From contig NC_043001.1 of the NCBI RefSeq assembly GCF_006345805.1, positions 101,990,001-102,054,000 on the forward strand: a stretch of DNA of 64,000 nucleotides, read 5' to 3'. The position numbers and the translations under genes were made by a program. Origin of the DNA: Octopus sinensis (taxonomy: Eukaryota). Below, one piece after another: positions 24,580-36,995 of the stretch. Below the pieces are notes generated by a model, which had not been told where the DNA came from, did not search any database, and was given only the letters and a program-made list of their open reading frames with translations. The stretch's first letter is position 1, and the number at the start of each line of letters is the position of its first letter.

Positions 24580-24980
24580 CCTCTCTCTCTCTCTCACACA
24601 CATTCATTAATCTTGTCTTTCTACTTCCTTCCACACTCTCCCTCCCCTCTCTTTCTCTCTCTCTCCTTCCACTCACTCTCTCTCTCTTTCTCTCTCTCTC
24701 TTTCTCTCTCTCTCTTTCTCCTTTCACTCACTCTCCCTCTCTCCTTCCTTTCATTCACTCTCTCACTCTCCTTTCGTTCACTCTCTCTCTCTCTTGCTCT
24801 CTTTCCCTCTCTCTCCTTTCATTCACTCTCTCTCTCGTTCTCTTTCTCTCTCTCCCACTCTTTTCTCCAGTTCATTTCTTAATTTACTTGTTTTAGTCTT
24901 ACTCTCTCCCCTTCCTTCTCTCTCTCTCCCTCCCTCTCTTTTTATGTCTCTCTTTCTCTAATTCTATCATCTCTCTTCCC
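24580..24980. repeat. (CT)n-rich low-complexity tract
   Basis: Direct reading; similar tracts at 48040-48198 and 61855-62282. Confidence 0.9.
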
Positions 24981-25394
24981 CCCCCCGACTCCGATTTATT
25001 TCGTTCTGTTGTTCTTAAAATTGTGTTTCCCCCCTCCCCCACTCTCATTACCTTATTTTCAAGAATTGCAAGGAATCACAGCAGATGTTTAACAAACACC
25101 ACAATATTGGCGATAAATTTCAATAAAAGACTTGCAGAACGAAACAAAAAAAAAATGAAAATAGCACTACTACTCCTATTAATGATGATGATCATGATGA
25201 AAAAATAAAATCAATATTTTTGATGATAATTTTAAAATTTTCAAGGATTTTCAGGGATTTGTTCCAATATTAGCTTCTTTATGAATTAACTGCAAAATAA
25301 ATAGAATATTTCTATATATTTTATGTTTTTAAACGAGGTTTTTCTTTCTCTGCTTATAACCATTATTATTATTATTATTATTTATCATCATCAA

Positions 25395-25443
<49 letters not shown>

Positions 25444-26667
25444 ATTATAAATATTATCGTTATTAGTAGCAGTAGTAGTCGTCGTCGTAGTAGTAGTAGT
25501 AGTATTAATGTTGTATTAAATGAATTTTAGGGGGTTTTTTTCCCCCTTATTTGAAAACGTGTAGGAAGAAAAGTTGAAGTTGCTTAAAGAGGGTTCTATG
25601 GAGACCAGCTGTGTCCCTCGAACGTTTAACAGCACTTTCTAATTGATATGGCAGCCACTTCAGAATAAATAAAATCCAATATCCACCATTTACTCGAAAA
25701 ATCTTTCCATGATATAACACCTGGCTTCCTTCAATGAGCATATGTGCCTCTAAGCGTGTGTGTATGTACGCATGTGTGTGTGTGTGCGTGTGTGTGTGTG
25801 TGTGTCCTTGTGTGTGTGTGAGTGTGCATGTGTGTGTGTGTGAGTGTGCATGTGTGTGTGCATGCATGTGTGTGCATGTGTGTATGTGTGTGTGTGTGCG
25901 TTTAAACATGGTGACTCACTTCTGCATTGCTTGAAGTTTCAAAGCATTAAATTTGTATGGCCATGTCATCAGGTGCCTTGGCATCTAAATCACAGTCACA
26001 TATACATGCCTGCTCACACACACACACACAAAATCATAATAAAGGGAGACTTTTATGCACAGACAGAACCGTCACTCGTATGAGTGGTGAATATTTTTGC
26101 TCTCCAGTTTAATAATACCATTGGCTGTTTCCAGATCTGGATTGTCAAGTATAACCCGAACTTTCATGCTCATTTGTTATATTGGTGGGTGGGGGGCTCT
26201 TTCTTTGATGTCACATGATATTTTTGAACATTCATATGGGCAATGCCTGAACTTTCAAATGCCTTGGGACAGCGCAGTAGATACCTTCTTCTCCTCCAAA
26301 CTATATGAAAACAGATGAAGGGTTTTTGTAGCCCTTAAAAATATTTGTTGTGGGTCCTACATATTTCTTGTCAATAATATCAGAGTGTAAATCAGAAGCT
26401 GTATATATATCGTTGATTTGGAGAAAAGCAATGTTTTGAGTGGACAGTACACTTAAAAACACTACAGTTAGACATTGCTGGTGTAACTTATGCTGCTGGA
26501 TGCTTTAGGAAGATTTAGATTACCGTAGTTGGGTGAACAGAAAATACTGTTTGATTAGGATAAGCTCTTGGCCATATTGGTAGCCCCCATTCATGCTTAC
26601 AGTTGGATTAAATCAGATCATCTTCTTCCTTCTGATCTTGTGGTTGTAAAGAGGTGCTCTTTGTGTC

Positions 26668-26709
26668 CTACTAACCCCATGATTCTGAGTTCAATTCCAG
26701 GCAGTGACC

Positions 26710-26741
<32 letters not shown>

Positions 26742-26900
26742 TAATAACAGCAAAAAATACCTTAGGAATGAGAACCCAGGTTTGAAATTTCTCCAAGATG
26801 CCTGATGAAGGTTGGAGGTTATATCAGCCGAAACATTGTGTTAACAACAAAGATGAGGACAAATATCCGTCAAATGTAATTAATGTTAATAATGTACATA
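26668..26900 (+). mobile_element. Free tRNA-head/(AAT)n/hammerhead element (head partly truncated)
   Basis: B-box remnant, (AAT)n, hammerhead 26797-26842 with GAAACATT. Confidence 0.8.
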
Positions 26901-29900
26901 ATGTAACTTATGTTGTCAAGAAGTGGAGAGGGACAAACACTGACACAAACAAATATATGATGGGCTCCTTTCAGTTTCCATCTACCAAATCTATTCACAA
27001 GGCTTTGGTCAGCCCAGGGCTAAAATAGAAAACACTTATCCAAGGTGCCATGCAGTGGGATTGAACCCAGATCCACATAGTTGGAAAGTAAGTTTCTTAC
27101 CATATAGCTATGCTGGCACCTATATTAAATGAATTAAAATAGAAATCTTCCAAGATATCTTTTGCATCAAAACAGATTTGAAAATGGTTAAATAGATTTT
27201 ACTGTCAAATCCCATTTATGCTTGCATTAGCACTTCTCTCCGTGTAATTAGACGTGCACTATAAATAAACCTCTACACAAGCTCAGAATTAAATAAAGTA
27301 TATCAAGATAACTTTGTATCAAAATTGATAAACTAATAATTGAAATGGGTCTGCTATTAAATTGCACACATGCGCTGACATCGACACTTTCCTGTACACA
27401 ATTAAGGTACGTACCTGTGTAAACTATAATTAAAGACTTGCATATACTTGCAGTTAAATAAAATGGATTATGCAACCAAATAGATTTCCAATGATTAACT
27501 ATGTATCAGATTAAAGCTGAAATATATGCTTACATCGATACATGTCTCTTCATACTCTTCGTACTTGCATACGCAAATTATTAAATTGCATTTAAACATA
27601 TTGTACTCAATAAAAACACATTCAGCTTTCCATTAGAATAGGCTTGCAAATAATTAAATGCATTTATCACTGAATAACTTATTTGACTACCAATACATTT
27701 TAATACAAACTGATATATGTATCAATTATATGTGCATTTAAAGGAAATATTTTGAGACATCTTTTTGCATTAGAAAACAATGTGGAAAAGAATAGGTGAG
27801 TTTGTATGTTAAGCACATACAGACCTTTGAACATAAACAACTGCATACAACTACATGTTTAAGTAAACACATTTTCAGAATTCAATGAAATATTCAGCTG
27901 TTTTGTCAACAAACTGGAAAATGTTTAAGAACGGTTTACAGCTACAAACAAAATAGATATAAACTTATGTTGTCATATAAACTGTCAACAATTACATTTA
28001 AGTGTTGATGTTTTCCATGATACCTAAAAGAGGCTCAAATACATCTAAAGACAATTAAGAGAAAGAAGCGTTAGTTAATTTTCAGTCATTGTTATAGATA
28101 CTCTGACTGATAAAGCATATAGAACTCAATATGAAGTGGCAGAAAAAGCAATCTATTAGCAACATTAATTGGTTTATAGTACCTCAGTCTTCTGTACACT
28201 CAGTACCTGCCAGAAGACATTTGTTCAGAATATTTATTTGGTAATGGCTTTTCAAGAGGCATGTGATAGAATTGTCCAAGATATGGTGTGTGAGGTGTTA
28301 GGTGATTTTTAAAAACGATATAAATAGATAAAGATATAATTGATTTTCTGTTTAAGTTATTAAAAGGGTGTTTGTGTAGGGTAACACAAGTTTTAAAAGA
28401 ACTAGCGGTTAATCTTATACATGACAAAGATGAATTGGAGTGGGAAGCAGTATTGGTGTTGGCACAATACACTGTCTCGTTACCTAAGCGTCTTTCTTGT
28501 AATTCCGAGTCTCTGTGACAAAATGCCTTGAGTAGCTTGTTCTCCAATTCAAACAGGCATCAAGCATATTCAGACAGGTAATAACATTGCAATTTCTTGT
28601 AATAGAAATAAATTTTAATTAGTGTAATTTCAGGTAGATGTAATTCAGTTTAACCTATTCAGAATTTAGTTTTGATTGGTTGGGCATTGAGTCAATTTGC
28701 GAGCAGGATTATTTTTTGTCATTTTGGTTGAGAATTTAGCAGTATTTATGATTAGAAGGAAATGCTTTTTTAAAAATTTTAAAGAACTATAACTACCCTA
28801 AAACTCTCTACCAAATAACATAAAAATTTCTACTACAATTACAACTTCTCACAAATTATTACAGTGCTCACCCACCCCACCACCACCAAATAAAATTTCC
28901 TAGAAATCAACTAAATTATATTAATAGAAATTTATACTTACCACAAGGTAAATATCCAGCTATCACAAACCAATGAAAGCATCAAAACAGAACCCAGCCT
29001 GTGCAAAACATATGATAACCACACACAACAAATATTCCCTCAAAATCAAGAGAAAATACTATAGAATCTACAGCACAAGAATATAAAAAAAGAGAATACA
29101 AAACAGGAAGAAACAAAGTAAAATCAAAAAAAATCCAAAATGATAGCAAAGACCAAAGCAACTCCTGGACAACAACAAATGTATACTCCACAGCCAACAC
29201 TTAATAAGAAAACTGATAAAGACATATATCACAACAGAGTAAGCAGAGTTAGTATTAAGGTAACATAACAAAAACTATCAGAGACAAGTGAGAGATTTTG
29301 TTTTGTATGTTTGAATTAGTGTTCAGTATTAGTGAAAGTAGAGCAACTTCTGTGCAGAAGAGGTCTATTAGGACAGGGACTTGTCACCACAGCTGTCCTC
29401 TTGTCTCCAGAGAGATACACTGCTTTCTTTTTTTACAGAATGAAAAGGCTAAGCAGTGATGTATATAACTACAAACTCGTTACCAGTTCAAACCTGTCCA
29501 AGGCGTATTCAAACCTTTAAGACTGCCATTCTCTGTATTTTTTGTCTTGGAGATAATTTCTTGCTGTTGACACATTTGAGTAAACACACTGAATCCGCTC
29601 ACAGCATTTCTTAACCAGGAATCATCATCATCATTGTTTAACATCCACTTTCCATGCTAGCATGGGTTGGACAAATGAAAGGGCAGAACGGTGATGTGTA
29701 TAGAAACAAACTTGTTATCAGTCGAAATATGATTGTGGCATGTTGGAAGCCATTTGTTTTTGAAGAGTTTTTCATTTTTTTTTTTTTTGTCATAATGATT
29801 CTGAAGAAACCTTGACATTTGAAATTGCCTTCCCTCGTTATTCGGAATCGGTCATTTATTTAACTTTCTCTCAAAGCTAAGATAATTTCAATCTATCAAG

Positions 29901-29996
29901 AATTAATCTTGCATGATAATTAACATTCCTTTATTAGAAATTCATGCCACAAGCCAGTTTGAATTATTTCCCTTGGCTCGAATTTGTTTTCTCTGT

Positions 29997-30599
29997 GCAT
30001 GTGTGTGTGTGTGCCAGTGTTTGTGTGTGTGTGTGTGTGTGCCAGTGTTTGCGTGTGTGTGTGTGCCAGTGTTTGCATGTGTGTGTGTGTGTGTGCCAGT
30101 GTTTGTGTGTGTGTGTGTGTGTGTGTTTGTGCTTGTGTGTGTGTGTTTCTGTGTGTGCCAGTGTTTGTGTGTGTGTGTTTGTGCGTGTGCCAGTGTTGTG
30201 TGTGTGTGTGTGTGCCAGTGTTTGCGTGTGTGTGTGTGCCAGTGTTTGCGTGTGTGTGTGTGTGCCAGTGTTTGTGTGTGTGTGTGTGTGTGTGTGGTTT
30301 GTGCTTGTGTGTGTGTGTGTTTCTGTGTGTGCCAGTGTTTGTGTGTGTGTGTTTGTGCGTGTGCCAGTGTTTGTGTGTGTGTGTGTGCCAGTGTTTGTGT
30401 GTGTGTGTGTGTGCCAGTGTTTGTGTGTGTGTGTGTGCCAGTGTTTGCGTGTGTGTGTGTGTGGTGTGTGCCAGTGTTTGCGTGTGTGTGTGTGTGCCAG
30501 TGTTTGTGTGTGTGTGGTGTGTGTGTGTTGTGTTGTGTGTGTGTGTTTCTGTGTGTGCCAGTGTTGTGTGTGTGTTGTGTGTGTTTGTGCGTGTGCCAG

Positions 30600-30630
<31 letters not shown>

Positions 30631-30757
30631 TGTGCCAGTGTTTGCGTGTGTGTGTGTGTGTGCCAGTGTGTGTGTGTGTGTTTGTGCTTGTGTGTGTGTG
30701 TTTGTGTGTGTGCCAGTGTTTGTGTGTGTGTGTTTGTGCGTGTGTGTGCCAGTGTTT
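29997..30757. repeat. Compound (GT)n minisatellite punctuated by GCCAGTGTTT
   Basis: About 22 GCCAGTG motifs separated by variable GT runs; it generates the Cys/Val and His/Thr ORFs. Confidence 0.9.
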
Positions 30758-31842
30758 GTTTTGCTCCACTGCGTGATAATCGGTGTTGATGTGTTTACAT
30801 CCCCATGACTTAGAAATTCATCAAAAAACACCAACAGAATATACTAGGCTTAAAAAATTAGTGCAGTGCTCGGTTGATTCAACTGAAATTCTTCAAGACG
30901 GTGCTCCAGCATGGTCACAGTCTATTGAAGGAACAAATGAAAACCAAACAACGTACCTGTTTGTTCATCGCCTTAATGTCTTATCTCTCAGCTTATTTAT
31001 TTAACGAAGTTCTCTGATCTGTTTTGCCTCTCTCTCTCTTTGATGCTTATCCATTCATTTGTTTGTCTCATTCTCTGTTTACCAAACGCCAGAAGAACAA
31101 ACAGTCAGAGCCATTAGGATCTTTTAGAAATGCTAGGAGTTATTATAATGTCTGCAGTGACCTTTCTTTAAGGCTACACGCCCATAGTTGTTCATATGGC
31201 CAACACTGCATCACTAAAGGATCTAAATGTTTCTTGAAAGGGGTCATAAAACAACTTCTCCATTGTGGACAATTACATTTTACTCAAGAGTTATTCTCTC
31301 ACATTTAATACAGAACAACACCTATGGACAAACACACAAACAAACATACACACATGCAAAAAAAAACACACGCACGCGCGCACACACACATGCACACACA
31401 CACACACACACACACACGTTATTTACAATATGTATCTTGACAAGAGCTGTTGTGTTTTTGGCAAGAATTCACTCGCCAACTTTATTCAGCTGTCTGACCA
31501 TCCTTGAGCTGTGAACCATCCACCTCTGTTACTTTTATCCCACCAACACCATGGCTGCAACTACTACTACTACACTGAATTATGTAAACTTTATGTTTTT
31601 TAATTCTTAGCTAACATGATTTATGAATGTAATCAATTTATTTTGTCAAAATATAGAATTTGCGCCAAAATAACTCTATAATAAAATTTGGTATACAGTT
31701 CCATAGGTGCAAGAGTGGCTGTGGGGTGAGTAGCTTGCTTACCAACCACATAGCTCCAGGTTCAGTCCCACTGCATGGCACCTTGGGCAAGTGTTTTCTA
31801 CTGTAGCTTCAGGCTGACCAAAGCCTTGTGAGTGGATTTGTT

Positions 31843-32126
31843 CCCAGAGATGAATTATCTGAACCCCAAAGAATCCCTCTCAACACATGGCTATAATGCT
31901 CCCCCACTACTTCTGCTCATAATCAGAGATGCACATATCATCAGCCACTAAGGGACATGCTCAACTGGTTAAGGTCAAACAACTGACAAGCAAATCTGTG
32001 GTATTGAGCAGAATATTTGCTGTAGCCCATCTTTTATACCAAGACAAAACAATGTACATGATATCACTTCCAATCAGTTAAGATCAGAAGCCACGAGAGG
32101 CACTGCCTAGTGCTGCACCAGGGCAT
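31843..32126. repeat. Truncated copy of the ~560-bp (TAA)n-associated repeat, fused to a CORE-like SINE
   Basis: Reverse complement of 33856-34135; ends GGGC(ATT)n. Confidence 0.75.
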
Positions 32127-32140
32127 TATTATTATTATTA

Positions 32141-32345
32141 TTAAGACTATATAGGACCGAGGTAACTCATCCAGAAGTTATACACAAATATTTGTGTATA
32201 ACTTCTGGATGAGTTACCTCGGTCGTATATAGTCTTAACAAAAAATGAAGTAGACTGACATGTAATATTTGAACCTGTGGAAGGTACGCTAGATGCCGAA
32301 ATATCGTTCAACCAATTTCACATGATATGGCACTCTTCTATTTAT
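32141..32345 (+). mobile_element. Palindrome plus hammerhead-like family 2 unit
   Basis: 98-bp palindrome 32141-32238; TTGAAC-CTGTGGA-A-GGTA..TGCC-GAAATATC-GTTCAA at 32269-32311; homologous to 49549-49720. Confidence 0.6.
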
Positions 32346-32348
32346 TTG

Positions 32349-32390
<42 letters not shown>

Positions 32391-32643
32391 GTAATACCTG
32401 TGTCTGTTTTGATATTAAGATTGAAAAAAAATCAATCTTGTTTCTGAAAAAATTTGAACCTGGGTTTGCCCTACCAGAAGCAAATTTTGTTCTTGCACTT
32501 ATGATCATGTTCTGAAAGAGAGGGTCTGTGTGTGTGTGTGTGTGAAAGAGAGAGAGAGAGAGAGCGCAACGGACATACAGATAGTCAGAGTCAGTAAAAA
32601 TGTATAACAGAGTTTCTTCCCCTTTCTGCCTTAATCCTAATCC

Positions 32644-32871
32644 TTAACACTTTAATATTCAGGTTATTCTGTAAATCCTAATGTTTATATATTCACATTG
32701 CTTTGAATTAATCATACATAATCTCATTGATTCAAGATTTTGATGATGTGATTGTTTATCTTTAGCATGGCATTGTAGGGCAGGTGCGAGAGGTTGGATC
32801 TGGCCAATTTGAGCATAAAACAAAGAGAATGTTTGGGTCAGAGATGGCCAGTCTAAATGCTAAGTAGTTAA
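32644..32871. mobile_element. Degenerate TTAA-flanked MITE
   Basis: TTAACACTTTAATATTCAG...TCTAAATGCTAAGTAGTTAA ends. Confidence 0.4.
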
Positions 32872-32969
32872 TGTGAAATCTGTTTCTTGGGAGTGTTGCA
32901 GACAGCTGCTGAATCAGTCTTTAGCTGAGTACCTGTTCAACAGATTAATCACAAATGTCATCTCCACCC

Positions 32970-33540
32970 TCGCAACCAGCTGTTTATCAGTCCTTGCTAT
33001 CTTCATCTTTGACATCAGCCTTCACATTACTATTTCCACATCATTTCAATTCTGTGTCTATCACTTTGACTCTCTCAGCTGCCAATAATTACTCCATTCA
33101 CCCAGCATTATGCCTCAGCAACAGTAGGCTGTCGCCTTAGTTGCCCTTTTTGTTAAATTCCATGGAGCCACCCATTTGTTCCAGTTTTCTCTCATAAAAC
33201 ATTTGAGTGGTTCATTGAGGGCAATCTCTTGTTGCTGGAACTGCAGTGTTAAACCCCTGACAATAACTCCTTGATTAGTTTTTAACTCCCTGATTTCATT
33301 TTAACTTTTTGATTAGGTTTCAATTGCTCGAGTTTTTTCCTATGTTGCTTCTGTTTTGTGTGTTAGAAATTGGTCAGACGTTTGCCGTGCTGCTCTCCTC
33401 AACAGATCACCTGGACAAAGTAATTATACTTTCACCAAACACGTTTTGTCCCTACCTTCATCCATCCACTCATTAGGATGAACATGAACAAGCACCATAG
33501 AATGGAATCATTTCCCTGACTAATTTTATCTTTCTCTGCA
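32970..33540 (-). pseudogene. pogo-family (POGK-like) DDE transposase relic
   Basis: VHPNEWMDEG..CPGDLL..SDQFLTHKTE; GVIVRGLTLQFQQQEIALNEPLKCFMRENWNKW; CGNSN. These correspond to pogo GWMDE / VIPGGLTSQLQPLDV.NKPFK motifs. Confidence 0.7.
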
Positions 33541-33554
33541 ACTCATTCACCTTT

Positions 33555-33753
33555 TTTACATTATTTACATTTGATGGATATTTTTCCTCATCTTGTTTGT
33601 TGTTAACACAATGTTTTGGCTGATATACCCTCCAGCCTTCATCAGATGTCTTGGGGGAAATTTCGAACCTGGGTTCTCATTCCTAAGATATTTTTCAATG
33701 TTGTTTCCGTCGTCGTCGTCGCCATTGTTGTTGTTGTTGTTCAGGTCACTGCC
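33555..33753 (-). mobile_element. Hammerhead element, head truncated
   Basis: Hammerhead 33605-33650 (GAAA mutated to AAAA); joins the inverted head of the next copy. Confidence 0.8.
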
Positions 33754-34610
33754 ATATGCCCACAGGTATATGGCGTAGTGGTTAAGAGCGCAGGCTACAA
33801 ACCCCAAGATTTCAAGTTCGATTCCAGTCAGTGACCTGAATAATAATAATAATTAATGCCCTGATGCAGTACCAGACAGTGGCTCTCGTGGCTTCTGATC
33901 TTAACTGATTGGAAAAGTGTTATCATGTACATTGTTTTGTCTTGGTATAAAAGATGGGCTACAGCAAATATTCTGCTCAATACCACAGATTTGCTTGTCA
34001 GTTGTTTGACCTTAACCAGTTGAGCATGTCCCTTAGTGGCTGATGATATGTGCATCTCTGATTATGAGCAGAAGTAGTGGGGGAGCATCATAGCCATGTG
34101 CTGAGAGAGATTCTTTGGTGTTTGAATAATTCACCTCTGGAAACATAGTTATTTCGTTCAACATCCTTAAACAAACCTTATTCAGGGACCTTTTGAGCAG
34201 GATGAGTTATTTGACCAGAAGAAAATTCTTACTGGGCCCCACCTGCAAAGTCATGTGCTGTTTATCCTGATATGAGATGACCATGTCATGCACATATGGT
34301 TGTGATGCATGTGCCTAGTGTACCCTTATCAGACGGGAAGTCATGAAGGGTATACTGGGCTTTGTATATTTTACCTCAGTGTCACTTTGATGGCATGCAC
34401 TGCTCTCTCACTCAATAATAATAATAACATCAAAAAATATGTTAGGAATGAGAACCCAGGTTTGAAATTTCCCCAAGACATCTGATGAAAGCTGGAGGGT
34501 ATATCAACCAAACCGTTGTGTTACCAACAAACAAGATGAGGACAAATATCCGTCATATATAAATAATGTAAATAATATACATAATTCCTCATCTCTTAAA
34601 TATAGAACTG
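33754..34610 (+). mobile_element. Full tRNA-head/hammerhead element split by a 558-bp insertion in its (AAT)n
   Basis: A box 33771-33781, B box 33814-33825, insertion 33856-34413, degenerate hammerhead 34477-34522, tail to 34610. Confidence 0.8.
33856..34413. mobile_element. ~560-bp non-coding element inserted in (AAT)n
   Basis: (AAT)n on both sides; partial copies at 3527 and 31843. Confidence 0.7.
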
Positions 34611-35482
34611 TCATTTACCTTAGTTTTTCAACTGGGGTATCCATGTATCTACCTGACAGCAAGACACCGTCTGTCCCTTCTTTACCTTAAATCTCTTAAC
34701 TGGTACAAAGCCACACCCCTTCTCCCAGTCAAGGGGGTTTTGTCATGCAAGATACTTAGTAACCCTGTTGGTGTTGGTGCCATGTAAAAAGCATTGTTGC
34801 AGGTTCCCCTTGAAAAGCAACCTGCACAGTGATTGGCATTAGAAAGGGTATCCAGCCATAGAAACCATGCCAAACCAGACAATAGAACATGGTGTGACTT
34901 GCCAGCTCCTGTCAAATCATTCACTCTATGCCAGCATGGAAAACAGATGTTAGACGATGATGATGTATTCATGTCCATCTTCAGCTACTTCATTATTTCT
35001 CTCATCCTGCTCCAACATGAAAGTCATCTGTCAATGATGATGATGTTGATGATGATTAAGAAGATGAATAAAAGCAAGTATTTTTTGCATTGTCTGCACA
35101 AAACAACAATATAGATTTTGTTGTTTTTGTTTTTTATGCAACGACCCATTCCATCAATTCTAAACAATGACAGCCTTGAGGGTTAAATGCATAAAAGGGT
35201 TACCATGCAGATTATTTACCAGAGGGAAGATTGCAACTGGGGTCATTGTGACACTGGAGCCAACAAGTGAGATTTCGATTCAAGACTCCTTATGTTCTCA
35301 TTAGTTATTAACTTTCAGGATGGATTTGTTTAGTTGGACAAAAAACTTTGTTAGAAAATTGAAAACCAATAATATTTGCCTTTTAATCATAGGTTAATCA
35401 TTACTAAAGAAGGAATAGTATATACAAATCCTATAAAAATTTTAAAATAGGATAAAATCTTTATAAGAATTTATCAAGTAGT

Positions 35483-35636
35483 TCAAATTCCACCGAGGTC
35501 AACTTTGCCTTTCATCCTTTCACTGTTGATAAATTAAGTACCAGTTACACACTGGGGTCGAGATGTGATTGACTTAATCCGTTTGTTTGTCCTTGTTTGT
35601 CTCCTCTATGTTTAGCCCCTTGTGGGCAATAAAGAA
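35483..35636 (+). mobile_element. 5'-truncated Meta-like SINE with 20-bp TSD
   Basis: ATAAGAATTTATCAAGTAGT at 35463-35482 and 35637-35656. Confidence 0.85.
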
Positions 35637-35739
35637 ATAAGAATTTATCAAGTAGTCAGTGTGAAAAATCTTATAAGGGAAACATTCATAATTATTCCCT
35701 TTAAATATATTTATTTATATTCAGGGCATTACTATACGT

Positions 35740-36100
35740 AAATGCCTCATGCTATAAGGGACTCTTAAAGTCAAAACTACTATAATAAATACAGTGTACC
35801 GAATGCGAGGGAATGCAAATCTTAAACCGAATTCTTAAAAAGAGATTCACCGCAAATCATACATGATTTCATAGTTAGTGTACAAAATACACTTTCTAAT
35901 CATCAGTGCAAACATAATCAAGGCACATAGAAATGAACAAAAAAAAAATCAACGTACCAGACGAACACCAAATGTATCCAGCATTGTACATAAAACTGTT
36001 CACTCTTATACATGTATGTAAGAGGCAGGCTTTTTGAATTGCATCTTGGTACACGTGTATATTCAGAATAAATTCAGCACTGAATATATTTCGGTTAAAT
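35740..36100 (+). pseudogene. Possible second-type PLE GIY-YIG relic between direct repeats
   Basis: KKRFTANHT*F, QNTLSNH and TYQTNTKCIQHC resemble PLE FKKRYANH / T.LS.HIW / Y....KRC.LC motifs; heavily decayed. Confidence 0.35.
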
Positions 36101-36624
36101 TAAAAATTTAAAAATAGGATAAAATCTATATAAGAATTTATCAAGTAGTCAGCATGAAAAATCTCATAAACCCTATGAAAGCATATATGATTTGTGGCTG
36201 AATTAATTATAGAACAATTAATTGGCCAAGTACTCCACAGATGCAGATTTTTATCTAGCCACCAACACAACTCAGTAAAATATTACATGAAAAGACACAG
36301 AACCAAAATGCAGATAGACTCCATGAGGAAGATTCTTCACAGTTTCCACTGACCCAATTTCTGACACAGATCAGCCTGAGGCAAGAGTGGTGATACTTGC
36401 CCAAGATGTCATTCAGTGATGTAGAAAGCAGAATCATCTAATTGAAAAGTGAATATATTAATCAGTCAACTGTGAATCCATTAGGACAGACTTTAATTAC
36501 TGAAAGGCAGGCAGGCAACAGAGTTGATTTCATTATAACATAGCTTTGGGACATGGAAAGCTGAACTCTGAGATGATAATTGTATTTACGTATATACATA
36601 GCCTAAGTAAGAGTGATTGTGTAC

Positions 36625-36995
36625 ACAGACAGACAGGCAGATAGACAGACAGATGGATAGACAGACAGGCAAACAGACAGACAGGCAAATAGATAGAAAA
36701 CAGACAGACAGATAGGTTGGCAGGCGGGCAGACAGACAGGCAGGCAGGTAGGCAGACAGATAGATAGATGGAGAGACAGGCAGACAGACAGACAGACAGG
36801 CAGGCAGGTAGACAAACAGACAGAGAGGTAGACAGGCAGGCAGGCAGATAGATAGATAGACAGGCAGACAGATAGATAGACAAGCAGACATACAGGCAGA
36901 CAGAAAGATAGATAGACAGGCAGACAGACAGATAGCTACATAGACAGACAGACTGACAGATTGATAGACAAGCAGACAGACAGACAGACAGGCAG
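36625..36995. repeat. Mixed (CAGA/TAGA/CAGG)n tetranucleotide tract
   Basis: Direct reading. Confidence 0.9.

Noticed and set aside
29913-30834. 270-300-aa Cys/Val and His/Thr ORFs
   Set aside because: Translations of the (GT)n minisatellite, open in several frames on both strands.
33771-33830. Possible tRNA gene
   Set aside because: Has A/B boxes but no convincing acceptor stem or terminator, and is part of the repeated ribozyme element.
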